Shown here: positions 36,275 to 49,645 of the stretch, one piece after another
Layout: every line of letters starts with the position of its first letter
How positions within the stretch are numbered: the stretch's first letter is position 1
Source of the DNA: Pseudogymnoascus verrucosus
Taxonomy: Eukaryota
Reading direction: 5' to 3' (one strand)
Assembly (NCBI GenBank): GCA_001662655.1
Contig: KV460209.1
DNA length: 64,000 nt
Translations under genes and position numbers: made by a program
Notes under the pieces: generated by a model
Database searches by the model: none
Told to the model about the DNA's origin: nothing
Seen by the model: the letters and a program-made list of their open reading frames with translations, nothing else

Positions 36275-37755
36275 CTAATACACGCCCCTGCGCTTTCCAT
36301 TCCCATTGACGGATACAGGGCCAATGAAATGTCCCAATTGCAGGCTCTGCACTCCCTCTCGTACGCCCCCAACCTTCCCAGCAACCTCCAAAATACCCAT
36401 CTCAAAGTCCCTAAGCACGCCCACAAGATTTTCCACCTCGTTCTTATCTTGGCCGTTGCGCCCAATATTACTACCCGCTTGCATGAGCGACCTCTCCACG
36501 CCACGTAGATGGAGCTCGATCTCGCTGATGTTGTCCTTGTACGTCGATATCGTCTGGCCCATCTCATCGGACGTCTGCGAGAAAAACGTAACAAGATCTC
36601 CCGCCGCCTCTCCCGGCGTCGAAGCCGATGGTGACGGCTTCGACGGGTTCCAGATGCCGGTGTGGAACTGTTGTGGTAGCTTCAGGTTGTCTACGACCGT
36701 GAAGCTGAGCTTGGCGTTTTCACCATCCACGTAGACCTGTTTGCTTATCTGCGAGACGGCTTGGACGTCCCCGTCTAGGTTTGCTTGCACGCCAATCACC
36801 TTTCGTTGAAGGAAATCGACGTTATCGGGGACAAGCTCGAGCTGCTCGCCGTGCGCTGGGAGGATGGCGGTGCACTGATCGCCTTTGGCCATGAGGCTGA
36901 GAACCCCTGCGTCAAACTCTTCGATCTTCTTTTGGAGCTCCTCGTTGAGGTCGTTAAAGCGGGTAGTGTTGCGCAGATTGGTCAGATCTATACGAACGCC
37001 GGGGACGGTTGCTTGTGTAGGTTGGCCTTGCGACTGGCCCATCGTCAGGCCGCCAGCGAAACTGCTCCCAAAGGCGCCAGTTGATTGTTGTGGCCTGGCA
37101 GAGGAAGAGAATAACGAGCTCTGTGGCTGTTGCTGTTGTTGCTGAGGCATCTGCATCGATGCGCCCCCACTAGGTAGATTAGTTTACTGCGTGCTATTTT
37201 TTTTGGGGAAGTATAGTACATACAAGAACGAAGGCTTTGCCGCCTGGGCCTGGGTGTTTGCACCGCCAAAGAGCCCGCCACCAGTCTGCTGAGGCTGCTG
37301 AGCCTGTGCTGATCCAAACATCCCTCCTGTAGAAGCCGCTGGCTGAGCGCTACCAAACAATCCTGAGCTCTGCGGTTGTGTTGAGGCTGGAGCACCACCA
37401 AATAGACCGCCAGATTGTGGTTGTGCAGCAGGTGCAGCGCCGAAGAGTCCTCCAGTCTGCGCAGGCTGCGTCGCGGTTGTTGACGCCCCAAAGAGACCCG
37501 ATGTCTGAGGTTGCGCCTGTCCAAACAAGCCGCCGGTTGGTTGCGACATTGTTGCTTTGCCAAACAATCCGCCAGCTGCAGGAGCCTGACTTGACGTATT
37601 CGTTGATCCACTATTTTGCACAAAGGACGTTAGTAACGCTACTCTCCGTGGCCCGGCAGAGGGATTGGGAGCGACGGGGTTGCTCACAACAAATTCGCAG
37701 AGCCAACGTTGATACTTAAGGCTCCAGGACCGCTTGCTGAGCGTGCAAGTGCCAT
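36275..37755 (-). CDS. NUP49: FG-repeat nucleoporin Nup49/Nup58, 3 exons
   Basis: MALARSASGPGALSIN start, repeated GGLFG/SGLFG, then VPGVRIDLTNLRNTTRFNDL and a C-terminal coiled coil. Confidence 0.85.
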
Positions 37756-37951
37756 ATTTTATCAACAGTTAGGCTCGCGCTTGTGGTAGCCTCAGATTGC
37801 AGCTTAGTTCGTGAGACGCGCCGCAACCCAAAAATGAGGCTAAGCGAATGAGCTTGTACCTTACCTACCCTTGCTCGTGTAGCCTCGTTCAACTACATGC
37901 GCTCGACGTCACTTGCAGCCTTCGAAGCTCCCATACACATTTATAGTCAAG

Positions 37952-39006
37952 ATGGATATCGACGACGACGACGATTTTTACGCGCCTGAGGAGAGCGTGC
38001 CTACTACGAGTGAAGCAAAGGAGGAGCCGCGACAGACCCCCGCGCAGGAAGTGAGGCCTGAACAACCAGAGGATGGTTCAGAAGAGGGCGAAGAAGAAGG
38101 CGAGGAGGTAGAGGAGGATGATGACTCGGATATTGATATTATCACTGAGCGCAAAGATGGAACGAAAGCCGCTCCGCCGTCGTAAGTAGCATTGACATGG
38201 TGGTTATGGCCTCATGCTAACAATCCCTCAGAAACGCACGTTACAACGACATCCGCAACATCGCCCAGCGCACCGCCTCAAACGACGTAACCCAAAAAGC
38301 CACCGCTCCCAAAAAGTCAGAGAGCGCAAAACCCTCCCTCCCAGCTTCCGGCGCCGACCTCCCCGCCGTCGCCACCTCCACGATCGACATTGACGCTAAG
38401 CCCATATACGACCCAGCGCGCAAGCCCATCACACAAGTGAATATCGACGAGGACTTACCCGACAACGACAAACCGTGGCGCCGCCCCGGGACGGACATCA
38501 GCGACTACTTCAATTACGGGTTCGACGAGTTCACGTGGGCGCTGTATGCGGCGAAGCAGGAGAGCCTCCGCTCGGAGTACGACCAGAGCAAGCTGGCGGA
38601 CAACCAGAAGAAGATGATGGAGGATATGAATATGATGATGAGCATGGGCTCGATGCCGGGGATGCCGGGCGGTGCTGGCGCGGGTATGGGCATGGGCGCT
38701 ATGCCAGGGATGGAGGGAATGCCACCGGGAATGGAGGCAATGATGCAGCAGATGATGGCGTCGGGGATGGACCCAAGTCAGATGGATCCCTCGGCCATGT
38801 TTGCAGGCATGGCTGGGCAGGGAGGAGCCGCGGCAGGACAGGCGGCCGGCCAGAATGCTGGATTTGGCGGACAAGGGTTTGGCCAGGGTAACCAACAGCA
38901 GCAGATGGGAGGATATGGTGGCTTCGATCAGGGGATGGGGAATACCGGGGGCGGGGCGAACAGAGGGAATTTTAGGGGTAGGGGAAGGGGACACCGGAAT
39001 TGGTAA
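37952..39006 (+). CDS. FIP1: Pre-mRNA polyadenylation factor Fip1, 2 exons
   Basis: Fip1 motif KPWRRPGTDISDYFNYGFDEFTWALY; acidic N-terminus with DSDIDII; intron about 38182-38230; M/G-rich and RG-rich tail. Confidence 0.95.
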
Positions 39007-40743
39007 AGCCAGCGAGTGCTGTGCTGTGATGACATTTTGGGTGTATTTGTAGCCTGGCGTTTGGTGGTGAAAAGATGGATATATCTCAGGGATGCAACTG
39101 TTGATTTAGTGGTGGGTGATATCGGTTCCAGCTCGATGAGAGCCATGGCTGTGTCTAGATATGTTGAATGTCAGTGGACTGGTTATCGGCATATATTACA
39201 GGCATCTGGTTCATCGATGCTGTATACTATACTCTTGTGACTCCGTGACTGTGTTGTCGCAGGGAATTCTCCGTCTTTGTACTTGGATTTGAAGGTTTCC
39301 GGTCTCTGTTCTCTTCGGAGTTGATGTCAGTTACTGACGAGGGAGATATGGCCAAAGCGGGAGAAATGCCTCATCAATCCTCATACAGTGCCTGGGCTGC
39401 TAAAATAAGAAATATCCTGCATACCCGCACATACATACCCCTCCTTTCGCCCCCCGACCAAGCCGGGATGACCAATATAGAAATCCGAACGAATACTCGC
39501 ATTCAACAAAATCTTCGTTGAGGAATGGCTATGGGTGACAAGAGTAAGCTAGTCGTCTCCAACACACCACCATCCGATAAACCAAAGGATAGCCGCCGCG
39601 AAGTGCCACCGAAGTAGACCATATCACGTAGATCCATCCATCCCCGCCGACGCCGTCTCTGCCGCTTCACCAATAAACACCGTGACACTAACAGCATGCA
39701 CCCACCCCCACCATCTAAATCCACGTGGGGTGCATGATTGCACTGCACGTACGGCCATATACGGTACTGGACGCCATGTACCGTACCACATCTATCATCT
39801 GATACTGGCCAGTCCCCAAAGGCCGTGAGAATAGCCAGCCTCGCCCGTCTCAGGTGGTTGCATGACATCCCATCCCATCCCACACCATCCCACGCCGATT
39901 CGGCCGCTTGAACCACTCCCAGGACGTCGCTAAGGCACGGCCGCCAGGGACAGGCTCCTCTGCGCTTCGCACCCGTTCCCTTCCTTGTCTGACCTTGCCG
40001 TTTCGGGTAAGTGGGGGGTGTTTACGGCTTGTCTTTTGTCGTTGCTTTGTTCTCTTCGCGGTTCTTCCCATACACTCGTACTTACGCCGTACACAACTTG
40101 TATAGGAACTATTGTTTTATATCTTACTGTATTGCGGTGTACTGTGAACTGAAATGTAAGATCAGAGTTACTGTACTGCGCTGTACTGCGCTGTACTATT
40201 TGTTTACATGTGACGCCCGGGCGTTGGCAGACGTCATGCTGGCCAGAGTGGGGGGATGAGGGGCGGCGTGGGGTCAATATGGGTTTTCGTTTGGGCTTGG
40301 GCCTTGGAAACCAGACGACGAGAAGGGTCCATTTGCCTTTGGGCTAAGGAACTCTAAGTCGGGCTACTGAGAACGCCGTTTATTTGTGTTTGGACTATTT
40401 TCTACACCAAGCTGATTTGACTTCGAGCTACCACTACACTACTTCGAACTACAACTTACTGCTTTACTACTGAAACTGGTGACTGCCTATAAGTCAGCTC
40501 CCCAACCATTATGTATATCGCCATCTCAGCATATCCGGCCTGCATCTTTCAACCCATACTCGATCTGCTGCCCAACCTGCACCTGCACCTGCCTATACAA
40601 CGGCTTGCCTGAGGCGTGGGGGGATCAAGACAATACCAGAACCAACACCAAACGTCTCATATATCGCTCATCTCAAGAAACCCTTCCTCCTCAAGCTCCC
40701 AGCTTCTTGAAACACACAAAAAAAATCGCCCAAACCAGCAACC

Positions 40744-41400
40744 ATGCAGTCATTCACACCCCTCACCACCGACAACAAGCCCTCCCCCTCCCTCCACCAA
40801 AGAAGCAAATACTCCTCCTCCAGCACCTCCACCAGCTCCCCGCTCTCCAACACCGCAAGCCCAATGTCCGTCCTCCAGCCCTCCCACAACACCACCGCCT
40901 CCCCAGCAGACTGGCGCACCTCCTTTCTCTCCATCATCACCCCTGCCCTCCGCTTCTCCTTCGACCTCGCCTACACCACGCAGCTCCTCTTCACCATCGT
41001 GCTCTCCTTCCTGCTCTCCCACGGCCTATACGCTACCAAGGCACTCGCCGTGAACGCCTACCACGCCTCGCGGATCTTCCTCATAAACGCCTGGCACACC
41101 CTCGTGTTTGTGGGTATCAACCTCTTCTTCGCGTCGAGGGTGGTGGGGATCAAGACGCTGCAGGCGCTGGGGGTGGCGACGGTGTTTGGCTGGAGGAGTG
41201 GGAGTGTGGTGTCGGGCCATGGGTGGGTGGCTGCGAGTACGGCGGTGAAGAAGGGGTGGAAGGGGACGGAGAGGGCGAGGGCGAGGGTGTTTTTTGAGTT
41301 TATGGTTTGGTTGTTGCATCCGTCGCCGTTGGTGTTGTTTATTTTCTGGCCGGGGTGGATTTTTGTGTTTATGGGGATGGGGTATTATTACTACTGCTGA
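40744..41400 (+). CDS. Hypothetical 218-aa membrane protein
   Basis: Intronless ORF with a good ACCATG context, Ser-rich N-terminus, several hydrophobic segments and an aromatic C-terminal motif (FFEFMVWLLHP...FIFWPGW). Confidence 0.65.
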   Translation: MQSFTPLTTDNKPSPSLHQRSKYSSSSTSTSSPLSNTASPMSVLQPSHNTTASPADWRTSFLSIITPALRFSFDLAYTTQLLFTIVLSFLLSHGLYATKALAVNAYHASRIFLINAWHTLVFVGINLFFASRVVGIKTLQALGVATVFGWRSGSVVSGHGWVAASTAVKKGWKGTERARARVFFEFMVWLLHPSPLVLFIFWPGWIFVFMGMGYYYYC

Positions 41401-42036
41401 GAGGATGGTGGGGATAGAGCATATATGGTGCATGAAGGTGTGTTGCTCAAGGCAGAGGGGGTCGAGAGGCAGCATGTTGATATCTCCCAGATATAGTCTA
41501 CGAGGAGCTCTCACACGGCGATGAAGACTCACAAGATGATGGGAACACTCACACACGCCGAAGACACTCAGAAAGTCGAAGATACTTGCACAAGCCGAGG
41601 ACACTCCCGCATGTCGACGACGCGTGGGGCTCTAGCAAGGCAAAAGTTAAACTGGGCGTGCGAAAGACATTTACAGGGTCAAAGAAGTTGGCAGTTAAAA
41701 GTCACACAAAGGCTACTGTAGGAAGCCGATATGTCGGAGAAGAGTTCATCTTGACAGTTGAAGGGCTATAGAAGGATTACTGTTTAGTCAGAGAAGGGTT
41801 ACAATTACCACTTGAAGTATCAAAGAGTTACTCATATACAAATAAAAACTATCACAACCCATCCAACTCACAACTACTCTCCACATATTATGCATTGTGA
41901 ACATCTCATATTCAATCTCTATTCGGGTATCCATCTCGAAACCACAACGCCAGCCTATATAATTCTCTACTTTTCCCCGCCCCGAACCATTCTCAATTCA
42001 ATCACCTCCTTCCCCCGCCGCATCCTCTCCCCCGCC

Positions 42037-43336
42037 CTACGAGAAGAAAAACGCATTCCCCCCCACATCCCTCTTAACCTCCGCCTGATAATCCTTCTCC
42101 GGATCAAACTCCTGCCACACGCTCGCCGGATAAATATGTTTATTCCTCTCATACCACCTCCGATCCACCACCTTCGTAAACGTCGGATCGTCATTCGCGC
42201 CATCCAAGTCCGCGATGGGTATCGCAGCAGTGGTGGTGGTGGATTTGTTGTTCGAGGGCCGCGAGAGGGGGTTATAGTTCTCAGGGATCTCATCGCTGGG
42301 TGTCGCGGCGGAGGGGGTGGTGTCGGGGGGTGCTTCGGCGCTGTAGTCGAAGAGGAGGCGGGAGTTGGGGCCGAGGGTTTTGTTGATGATGAAGTAGTAG
42401 AAATCGTAATGCTGTCTCTTGTCAGCTCCCGCAATTTCCCCATCTTTTTGCATCAAGTAAGAAACTCACCGGTGGAATAATAATCTCCCCCCTAACCATC
42501 ATCAAATCATCCACCCCCACCTTCGCCCACTCCCTCCTCGCCTTCGCATCTCCCTTCCCCGCCTCTCCACCCACCCCGGCTCCTACCTCCGCCCCGACCT
42601 TGCGACTCCCATCAAGGAATTTCCACACGAAATCGCCCTTTGCTACTCTGCACACTCCGCCGGGGACATTACTCCCATCGTAGAAGACGAAGGGTATCGC
42701 GATCGGCGCTGCCTTGACACGTTCTTGTAGCCCCAGGAACTCTTTCCGTAGCGCCTCGCGCGCCTGCGACTCTTGGAGGAGCGAGCGCTTCGTTAGCGCT
42801 TTGGGCAAGGCACCGATGGAAGTGTTGGCTGCAAATTTGCGCTTTGGTGCTGCATCGCTTGAAGGTGCGGGGGATCCGCTTTGTGAACGCGACTCTGCGC
42901 CGTTTTTGGGGGTTGGTTTATTTGAGTTGTTGAAATCGCCTTCTTCTTCATCGTCGACGCCAAAACTCAGCTTCGGAGTGCCAGCTTTGCGCTTCGGTTT
43001 CTTCTTAGGAGGTTCAGAGGGGGTAGAGCCACTGTACTGAGAAATTAGCTTTTCACTCTTCTGCATCAATTGCGCGATGCTGAGGGGAGGGGAATTGAAT
43101 GCGACTCACCCCGAGCCCGCGACGGGCGTAGCAGCACCAGAGCCGCCGCGACTACTGCCTAGTAGCGATTCCTGGGCATCGCGCTCTTTCTGCTCGATAG
43201 CCTCCGCTCGGCGCTTGCGGAAGTCGGAGAGGTTGACGAGGCCGACGGTTTGGTTGGAGAGGATGTCCTCGGCGGTTTTGGCTTGGGGCTTGAAGCGCGG
43301 GTTGGGGGTGGAGGAGCCGGAGGAGGGGGTCGACAT
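42037..43336 (-). CDS. XAP5: XAP5/FAM50 family nuclear protein, 3 exons
   Basis: [52 protein letters not shown] and [26 protein letters not shown]. Confidence 0.93.
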
Positions 43337-43795
43337 TGCGGTGCGCTGTGGGGAGTAGGAGCGCAGATTGGGAGTATGGAGAGTGGTGATGTGGGAATCG
43401 TTGTGTAGAATCGGTGGAGGTTACGTTGCTGGGTTGGCTTGGATCCAAATTTGGATGAGGTGCTGCAAGGCTGAGATGTGGCGGGAGGCTGATCGGCGCT
43501 AGTAAGACGTGTGGGTGCCAGTTGAGAATCCGATCCGATCGTCAAATGTGCACGGGTGTTATCGCCTTATCAGTTACTGGAGGAGGGGGTTGAGACGGAG
43601 GATTCTGTAACTCTTCGTATGCTCGAGAAAAGCTAGATCTTTAAAATCGAGAAGCATTTATATCTGCAAGTTAGTTCTTTTAAATATCCCGAATCATCTA
43701 CAAGACCAAGCTGGCTACCGCCAACTCATCCTTCTATGTATGGGTGGGAGACCCTTGGTATCTAAATGTAATAACCCAATGTCTATCGCATGCGT

Positions 43796-44689
43796 CTAGT
43801 TCTCAACCACGATTCCATACTTCTCATACGGGAAGTTCTCCAACGTGAGGAGATACTGGGCATATCCGTCACCAATCTCTCCTGCGCCCTCTCCAATGAC
43901 ACCCTGAGCATCAGGAATTCTACCTGCCAAGACAAGATCTTCCCTTCCAATAAACTCCTCCTTGAGACCTGGGTGAGGGCACCAAATAGCTTGCATACCC
44001 GCCCTCCTTCCAGCCTCAACACCTGGGACAGAGTCCTCAAATACAAGGCACTCTTCTGGTTTAATTGGCGCCTCCCCTTCTGCTAGAGTAGCGTTCACCA
44101 TATCCAAAGCGAGCAAGTAGATATCTGGTGCTGGCTTACCCCTTCCCTTCGCGATTCTCGGGTCATCTCCCAGCACACGCCTCGCATCCACGAACACCTC
44201 GAACAAGTGTCCCAGGTGATCGGTCTTCAGCTTGAAGTTCCCGGTATGCGAGCTCGTAGCCAGAGCCAGGTGCAGCTTCTCCCCATCCTTCGCGCCCTTG
44301 GGCTTCGCGGAGTTAAGGTTCTTCAGGAGCTCGACAACACCAGGTAGTGGTGCCGCTGATGGAAACAGCTTGCGCTGGATCTCGGCTTGCTCGAGAGTGA
44401 ACTGCTCTTGTGGGATGGGTAGTTGCGCCCACTCGTGGAAGATGGCTGCAGCGGCGGGGCCGGGGCGGCCTTGGAGCTGTGCCTTGACGGACCATGGCAT
44501 TGGGGGGCGGCCGTAGCGCTCGAGCATTGTGTTAACGCTCTCGGAGTATTTATCCTCGGTATCGAGGAGGAGGCCATCCATGTCAAAGAGACATGCTCTG
44601 ATGGGAGGGAACCTGGGCTGAAGTTAGATTCCGCAGTGGGCGGTATAAACATCGCGATTCGGTACTAACTCTTTAGTATCTTGAGCCAT
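43796..44689 (-). CDS. HAD-superfamily hydrolase, pseudouridine-5'-phosphatase (HDHD1/PUDP)-like, 2 exons
   Basis: ACLFDMDGLLLDTE (motif I), ALATSS, GRGKPAPDIYL, ECLVFEDSVPGVEAGRRAGM. Short first exon from ATG 44689. Confidence 0.9.
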
Positions 44690-44918
44690 TTTGATAGTCT
44701 TTACCGCGGAATAGTCTTGGGGTAATATTACGGGAGTAGTTGTAGATACTAAAGAGTCACAGTGGCAAAGAGGTGTAGCTGTTCAGGTTACAGGGCGAAA
44801 AATAATAGAGGGGTACGGTCCTTCCCGTTGGGGTTTCCCCACATCAGCGCGGTAATCATTCCGCCCAAGGTCTCATGAAGGTCGGTGGGGTTCTCCTCTG
44901 GCTTCCAACATCCGCGCC

Positions 44919-45864
44919 ATGGCATCCAGAACAGAACGCTTCGAGCGGAAAGCAAATTCCAAGCCTGTCGTGCCATCGCCGACCGAGGAAACAGAAACTG
45001 TGCGGTTCGAACCCGAAGAGGAAGCTGTACGTACGGAATCCCTGCCGAGCCAATGCCACCTCCTAACCCCAACCTAGGAACTCCTCAGGGAATCGAACGA
45101 GCGCAAGGCTGCGGCTAACGGAAAGTTCGCTGCTGGAGAGTATGGCGAGGCGATAAAAATTTACGCAGAAGCCATTTCGTCATGTCCGAATTACCTCTTC
45201 TATGAGCGCGCAGTGCTGAATAGCAATGTTGCAGCTTGCTACTTGAAGTTGGAAGAATGGAAGGAGACGATCAAGGCTGCGAGTGAATCTGTCGACGACC
45301 TCGACCGTTTAGATCCCACAAAATTAAAAGAGAATAAAAAAGGTAGCAGTCCCAAAGGCGAGGATGGGAAGGAGATCGTTGAAGTCGAGGAGGAAGAAGC
45401 AGATGAGGAGATAGTCAGTGTTGGGGCAGCCAAGGCTGAGAACACTTCAGAGGCAGCGCGGCGGAAGACAGACATAGAACGGATACGCTCGAAGGCCTTA
45501 CTGAGGAGGGCAAGGGCAAGGAGTGAGATGGGGGGGTGGTCGGCACTTGGGGGGGCTGAAGAAGGTATGTTATAGCGTTGCCTGTGCGACGTCGGGTTGC
45601 TAATGCGAGATAGATTACAAGGAGCTCTCGAAGATGTCGAACCTATCACCAGCAGACCGCAAGGTGGTGCAAAGGCAGCTGATCCTGCTACCACCACGGA
45701 CAAAAGCAGCACAAGAAAAGGAGATGGGCGATATGATGGGGCAGCTCAAGCAGCTTGGGAATGGCATTCTGAAGCCGTTCGGCTTGTCCACAGATAATTT
45801 CCAGATGGTCAAGGATGAGAAGTCAGGTGGATATAGCATGAACTTTAACCAAGGGAATAAATAA
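44919..45864 (+). CDS. TTC1-like tetratricopeptide repeat protein, 3 exons
   Basis: TPR helices (KAAANGKFAAGEYGEAIKIY, NVAACYLKLEEW, KALLRRARA) and C-terminal LKQLGNGILKPFGLSTDNF...GGYSMNF. Confidence 0.85.
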
Positions 45865-45937
45865 TATCTATTCTTGAAAGCCAAATATCTACTAAAAACA
45901 CGGTAAATGACAAGGTATCATCGTATAGTACAATCAA

Positions 45938-48603
45938 TTACAAATGAGCGGGCACCATAATAGCCCTTCCTCTCCTCTTCTTCTTCCCTGACGCATCTGC
46001 TTCCTTTGCAGCATCCGCTGAAGCTGCCGAAAACAGAGACTGGCCTAATGTGTCCGCAAGCGTGAGCACTCTGGTGCTGACAGTCGCGCCATCACGTCTA
46101 TTCTTGCCCTCGCGTCTCGACTGCGCAATCATTTCGGTGAAATCCCATAATTTGCCTCGTGGAGCGATCTTGCCCGTCAACGGGTCGCGTTGTGGCGTCC
46201 ACGCCGGAGCGAGCTTCATCTGGGGAGGCGAGTTGGACAACTTGTCTTTTGCTATTACTATAATACCTTCTTCTTCAAAGCGCTGGTATGCGTTTTTAAG
46301 AGTTTCTTTGTTAACCGCTTCGAAATACGAGAGATCGCCTTGGTGATATAGTGTTTTCCCGAGCTGCAACATCGTTAGCTTGTACCCAGTTATTCTTCAG
46401 TTAGAAGGCTTACCAGTTGTGCACTGTTTTGTGCACTAGTTACGCCTACCCAAGCTTCGTCTGGTCGCTCAAATGATGGCGTCAAGCCCATCAGAGACAC
46501 TGCACCGAGCCAGCTTGCCTCAATGAAGGGCCAAATCATAAAGCAGTAGAAATCGTAGTTCTCGCGTCCAGCAGCGCGCTCTTCCTCAGAAAGACCAACT
46601 TCTTTGATGTTTCCATCGGAGTCACGTATTAGCTCAATGACCTTGTCTTCCTCGAGGCCATGGAGAGTATTTTCGAGATTTTGAGCCAGCCCATCTGTTG
46701 GGTAAATAAACTCGCCCCTGAAAAGTTGTGACAGAAACAGGACCTGGTCCCGAAGCTCAGTAAATGAGATTCGCTGGTCCGACCTTAACCCTCCGCGTTT
46801 GATTCTCGTATACATGCTGGCGCTTACAAGCGCTTCCGTAATGAATAGATGGATTGTCATGTTGCGATAGAAGGACAGCTGGAATCGGTCGACAGCATAA
46901 TATGTCGGTGTAGGAAGTCCTTCGACTACGCCAACCAAATCTTTTCCTAGCACGTCCAGACCTCTATCAATGACAGAAGAGGTTGTTGCACCGCCAAAAT
47001 GAGCAACTCGGCCTCCCTTAGCTCGAACTCGGTCGCTCAGCCATTCAATCCTTCGAATCAGCTCTGGTTTTCCTACACCGCGTCCACGAAGCGTAAGAAG
47101 GACTGTACCAATCAACGCAGTTGGCATCACCACAGAAATAGCATTAATGTCCGATAATACCTTATAGCCCAATGTCCGCAGTATTCTTTGGCGGACGGTG
47201 GGGTCGTCGGCAGCCTTCAAGTTCAATTGCTGGGGAATTGTGGTGCTTCGAGACATTTGCTCCTGAATAAACCCTCTTAGGCTCCATGGCTCGTGGAATC
47301 TGACATCAACTCTGCCAAGCTTCAACGATAGCACTGAAGATGCCGACAGGAAATCTGCCAGGTTCTCCTTCTTCTTAGGAACTCCAAGTAACTCGCCCAC
47401 ATAGCCTTCGGTTTCGATGACTTTATCGTATTGTGTACTAACTGGGCAGATGATTGTATCTTCAACGCGCCCTGACAGTATACTATCCAGAATGAAACTG
47501 AGAATGCCGAATTTTGGCGGCAGGAGTTTTCCTGTCCGTGAACGGCCGCCTTCAATAAAACATTCGAAATTGAAGCCTCCTTGAAGAAGTGTATCAATAT
47601 ATGCCTGGACGACAGTGGTATACAGGACGTCATCACCAAAACTGCGGCGGATAAACATGGCACCTAACGAAGTCAGTCTTGTTGATATCGATCAACCAAC
47701 AGAACATATCTCTACATACCTGCGTGCTGTAAGAATGACCCAACCACAGGGAAGTTCAAATTATCTCCCGCGACCACGGTCGGTAAGGCCATCCCAAGGC
47801 GGTAGCTAATAAGTTGTAAAGATACATAGTCCACATGCGACCGATGGCATGGTAGGAATATGATACTTTGTCGTTTCTTCTCTGCCTCCTTAGCAACATT
47901 CCGTAGCCTCAGAACTTCTTCGCTTGACACGTGGATGCCTATTATTATAAAGCACGTCGTCAGTTCAGCTTGTAAAATGGGCCATCCATACCAACGCACC
48001 TTGGTGGTATGCTCTAGTCAACAACTCCGTACAGAAATAATATGCGCTCCTGATAAATGTTTTGTTTTCCATCTTGCAGATCATGCCATCTGTCATTTGT
48101 TCTGCCAGCTGTAGTAGGCTATGCTCTATCGCAATCTTTCGTGCTGCTTTATGTGTCTCGAACATGCTATCGTCTCGGTTTAAAAGGCCCTGTTCTTCTT
48201 CCGCCACAACGCGCTTCGAAGCCAACTCGGAGATTTTGCTTTGCAGGATTGGTGTCGACACTACTGCAGCTTTCATATTCTCGCTGAAGCCGGAGTAGTA
48301 GACCGGCTGGCCTATGGGTTTGTCGTACGAACGCCATCCTGTCCCAGATATGTGGAGGGATATTTCGCGGAGGAACCTAAGACTCGGCGTTAGACACTTG
48401 CGACACTGAGTGTATATATCAATAACTTACTCGAGCGGAGCTGTTCTGAACCTGCCAGTATGTTGCATGAGAGCTTGCTCGTTGTCAGCCGCTTTCTCAG
48501 GGGGAGCAATATATCCACTCGGGTGTAGGGTGACCTTGTCGCCGAAGATCTCCAGATCTGGGGCCGAGTCCTCTCGAGGCCCAGAGCCTCCCGATTTTGC
48601 CAT
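45938..48603 (-). CDS. Glycerol-3-phosphate / dihydroxyacetone-phosphate acyltransferase (PlsB/GPAT/GNPAT family), 5 exons
   Basis: Acyltransferase blocks PCHRSHVDY (HX4D), AGDNL, FIRRSF, FIEGGRSRTGKLLPPKFG and PVSTQYD. Confidence 0.95.
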
Positions 48604-48934
48604 TGTTGCAGAGATTCCGACCTCACTTCATCGAACTCTAGTCATAGTCGCATCGCAGTTGATCTCAACAGTCTAGGTCGTGGAGGGTAGGTTGGCCTAG
48701 CTTGCTTCCCCGGACTTGAACCCCACTGTCAGGTGCGAGCCGAATTGCCGAGTGATTGGTTGGCCCGAGGACGAACGTCAAAAAGCCTTGCTCACGCATA
48801 ATAAAGTAATCCACTTCGAGAAATTGTGCATAACCCCACCTCAACATTTTGTGTCCGCGGCTCTTGACTGGACTGCAATCGACTACACTGCAAGATCTCG
48901 GCATCTCGATGGCCAACTCGAAGCTGTAATCACA

Positions 48935-49645
48935 ATGGCAAACACCTCGGCGTCACCGGGTACGCATGTCGCCATGCACCTTCTGTCCCTTGCGCATCCT
49001 TCGACAACTGCCTCCCGCATCTTCACTGAGAAAGTCAAGCTCCGACCCTTGCATCTCAAGCCTGGTGAAAACCCCACGCCCTCTGGTCGCGCCTATCGAC
49101 GCACACTGCGCCTACAGGCTGCATCGAAGCTTAAGAAGAAGCGCAAGCCGCAACCATTGAGTGCGGCCGAGAAGCGCGCAACATGCCTACACTCGATTCC
49201 CAGCGATCAACAAAAATATGCGATCTTCGAACCGCTCCACCAGCTATGGACAGGATACATCAATGAAATATTGGGGTCGGGGAGGCCAGTTTCTGGGCCA
49301 GTAGCTGCCAAGCTTGCGAGTGCAGATTATCATGGCGCACTTATCCAGGTAGCACGAAGCCGTTGCACAAGCCGTGTCGGTGTCAAGGGAATCGTCGTCA
49401 AGGATACCAAGTTTACATTCGAAATTATCACCGAGGAAAACGAGCTGAAGGTTCTGCCAAAAGAGCACACAGTCTTCAGGTTCGAGGTTCGAGATGATGC
49501 AGAAGCGGAAGAATCAAGAGACACGCAACTGGATCAGGCGGCAAAGAAGAGCTTGGTCTTCGAGTTACATGGGGATCAGTTCCAACATCGCGCTGTAGAT
49601 AGGGCGAACAAGAAGTTTAAGCAACACTTCCTACCGGATATTTGA
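48935..49645 (+). CDS. POP4: RNase P/MRP subunit Pop4/Rpp29
   Basis: FEPLHQLWTGYI, KLASADYHGA, SRC..RVGVKGIVVKDT, PKEHTVFRF, RAVDRANKKFK. First ATG at 48935. Confidence 0.95.
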   Translation: MANTSASPGTHVAMHLLSLAHPSTTASRIFTEKVKLRPLHLKPGENPTPSGRAYRRTLRLQAASKLKKKRKPQPLSAAEKRATCLHSIPSDQQKYAIFEPLHQLWTGYINEILGSGRPVSGPVAAKLASADYHGALIQVARSRCTSRVGVKGIVVKDTKFTFEIITEENELKVLPKEHTVFRFEVRDDAEAEESRDTQLDQAAKKSLVFELHGDQFQHRAVDRANKKFKQHFLPDI

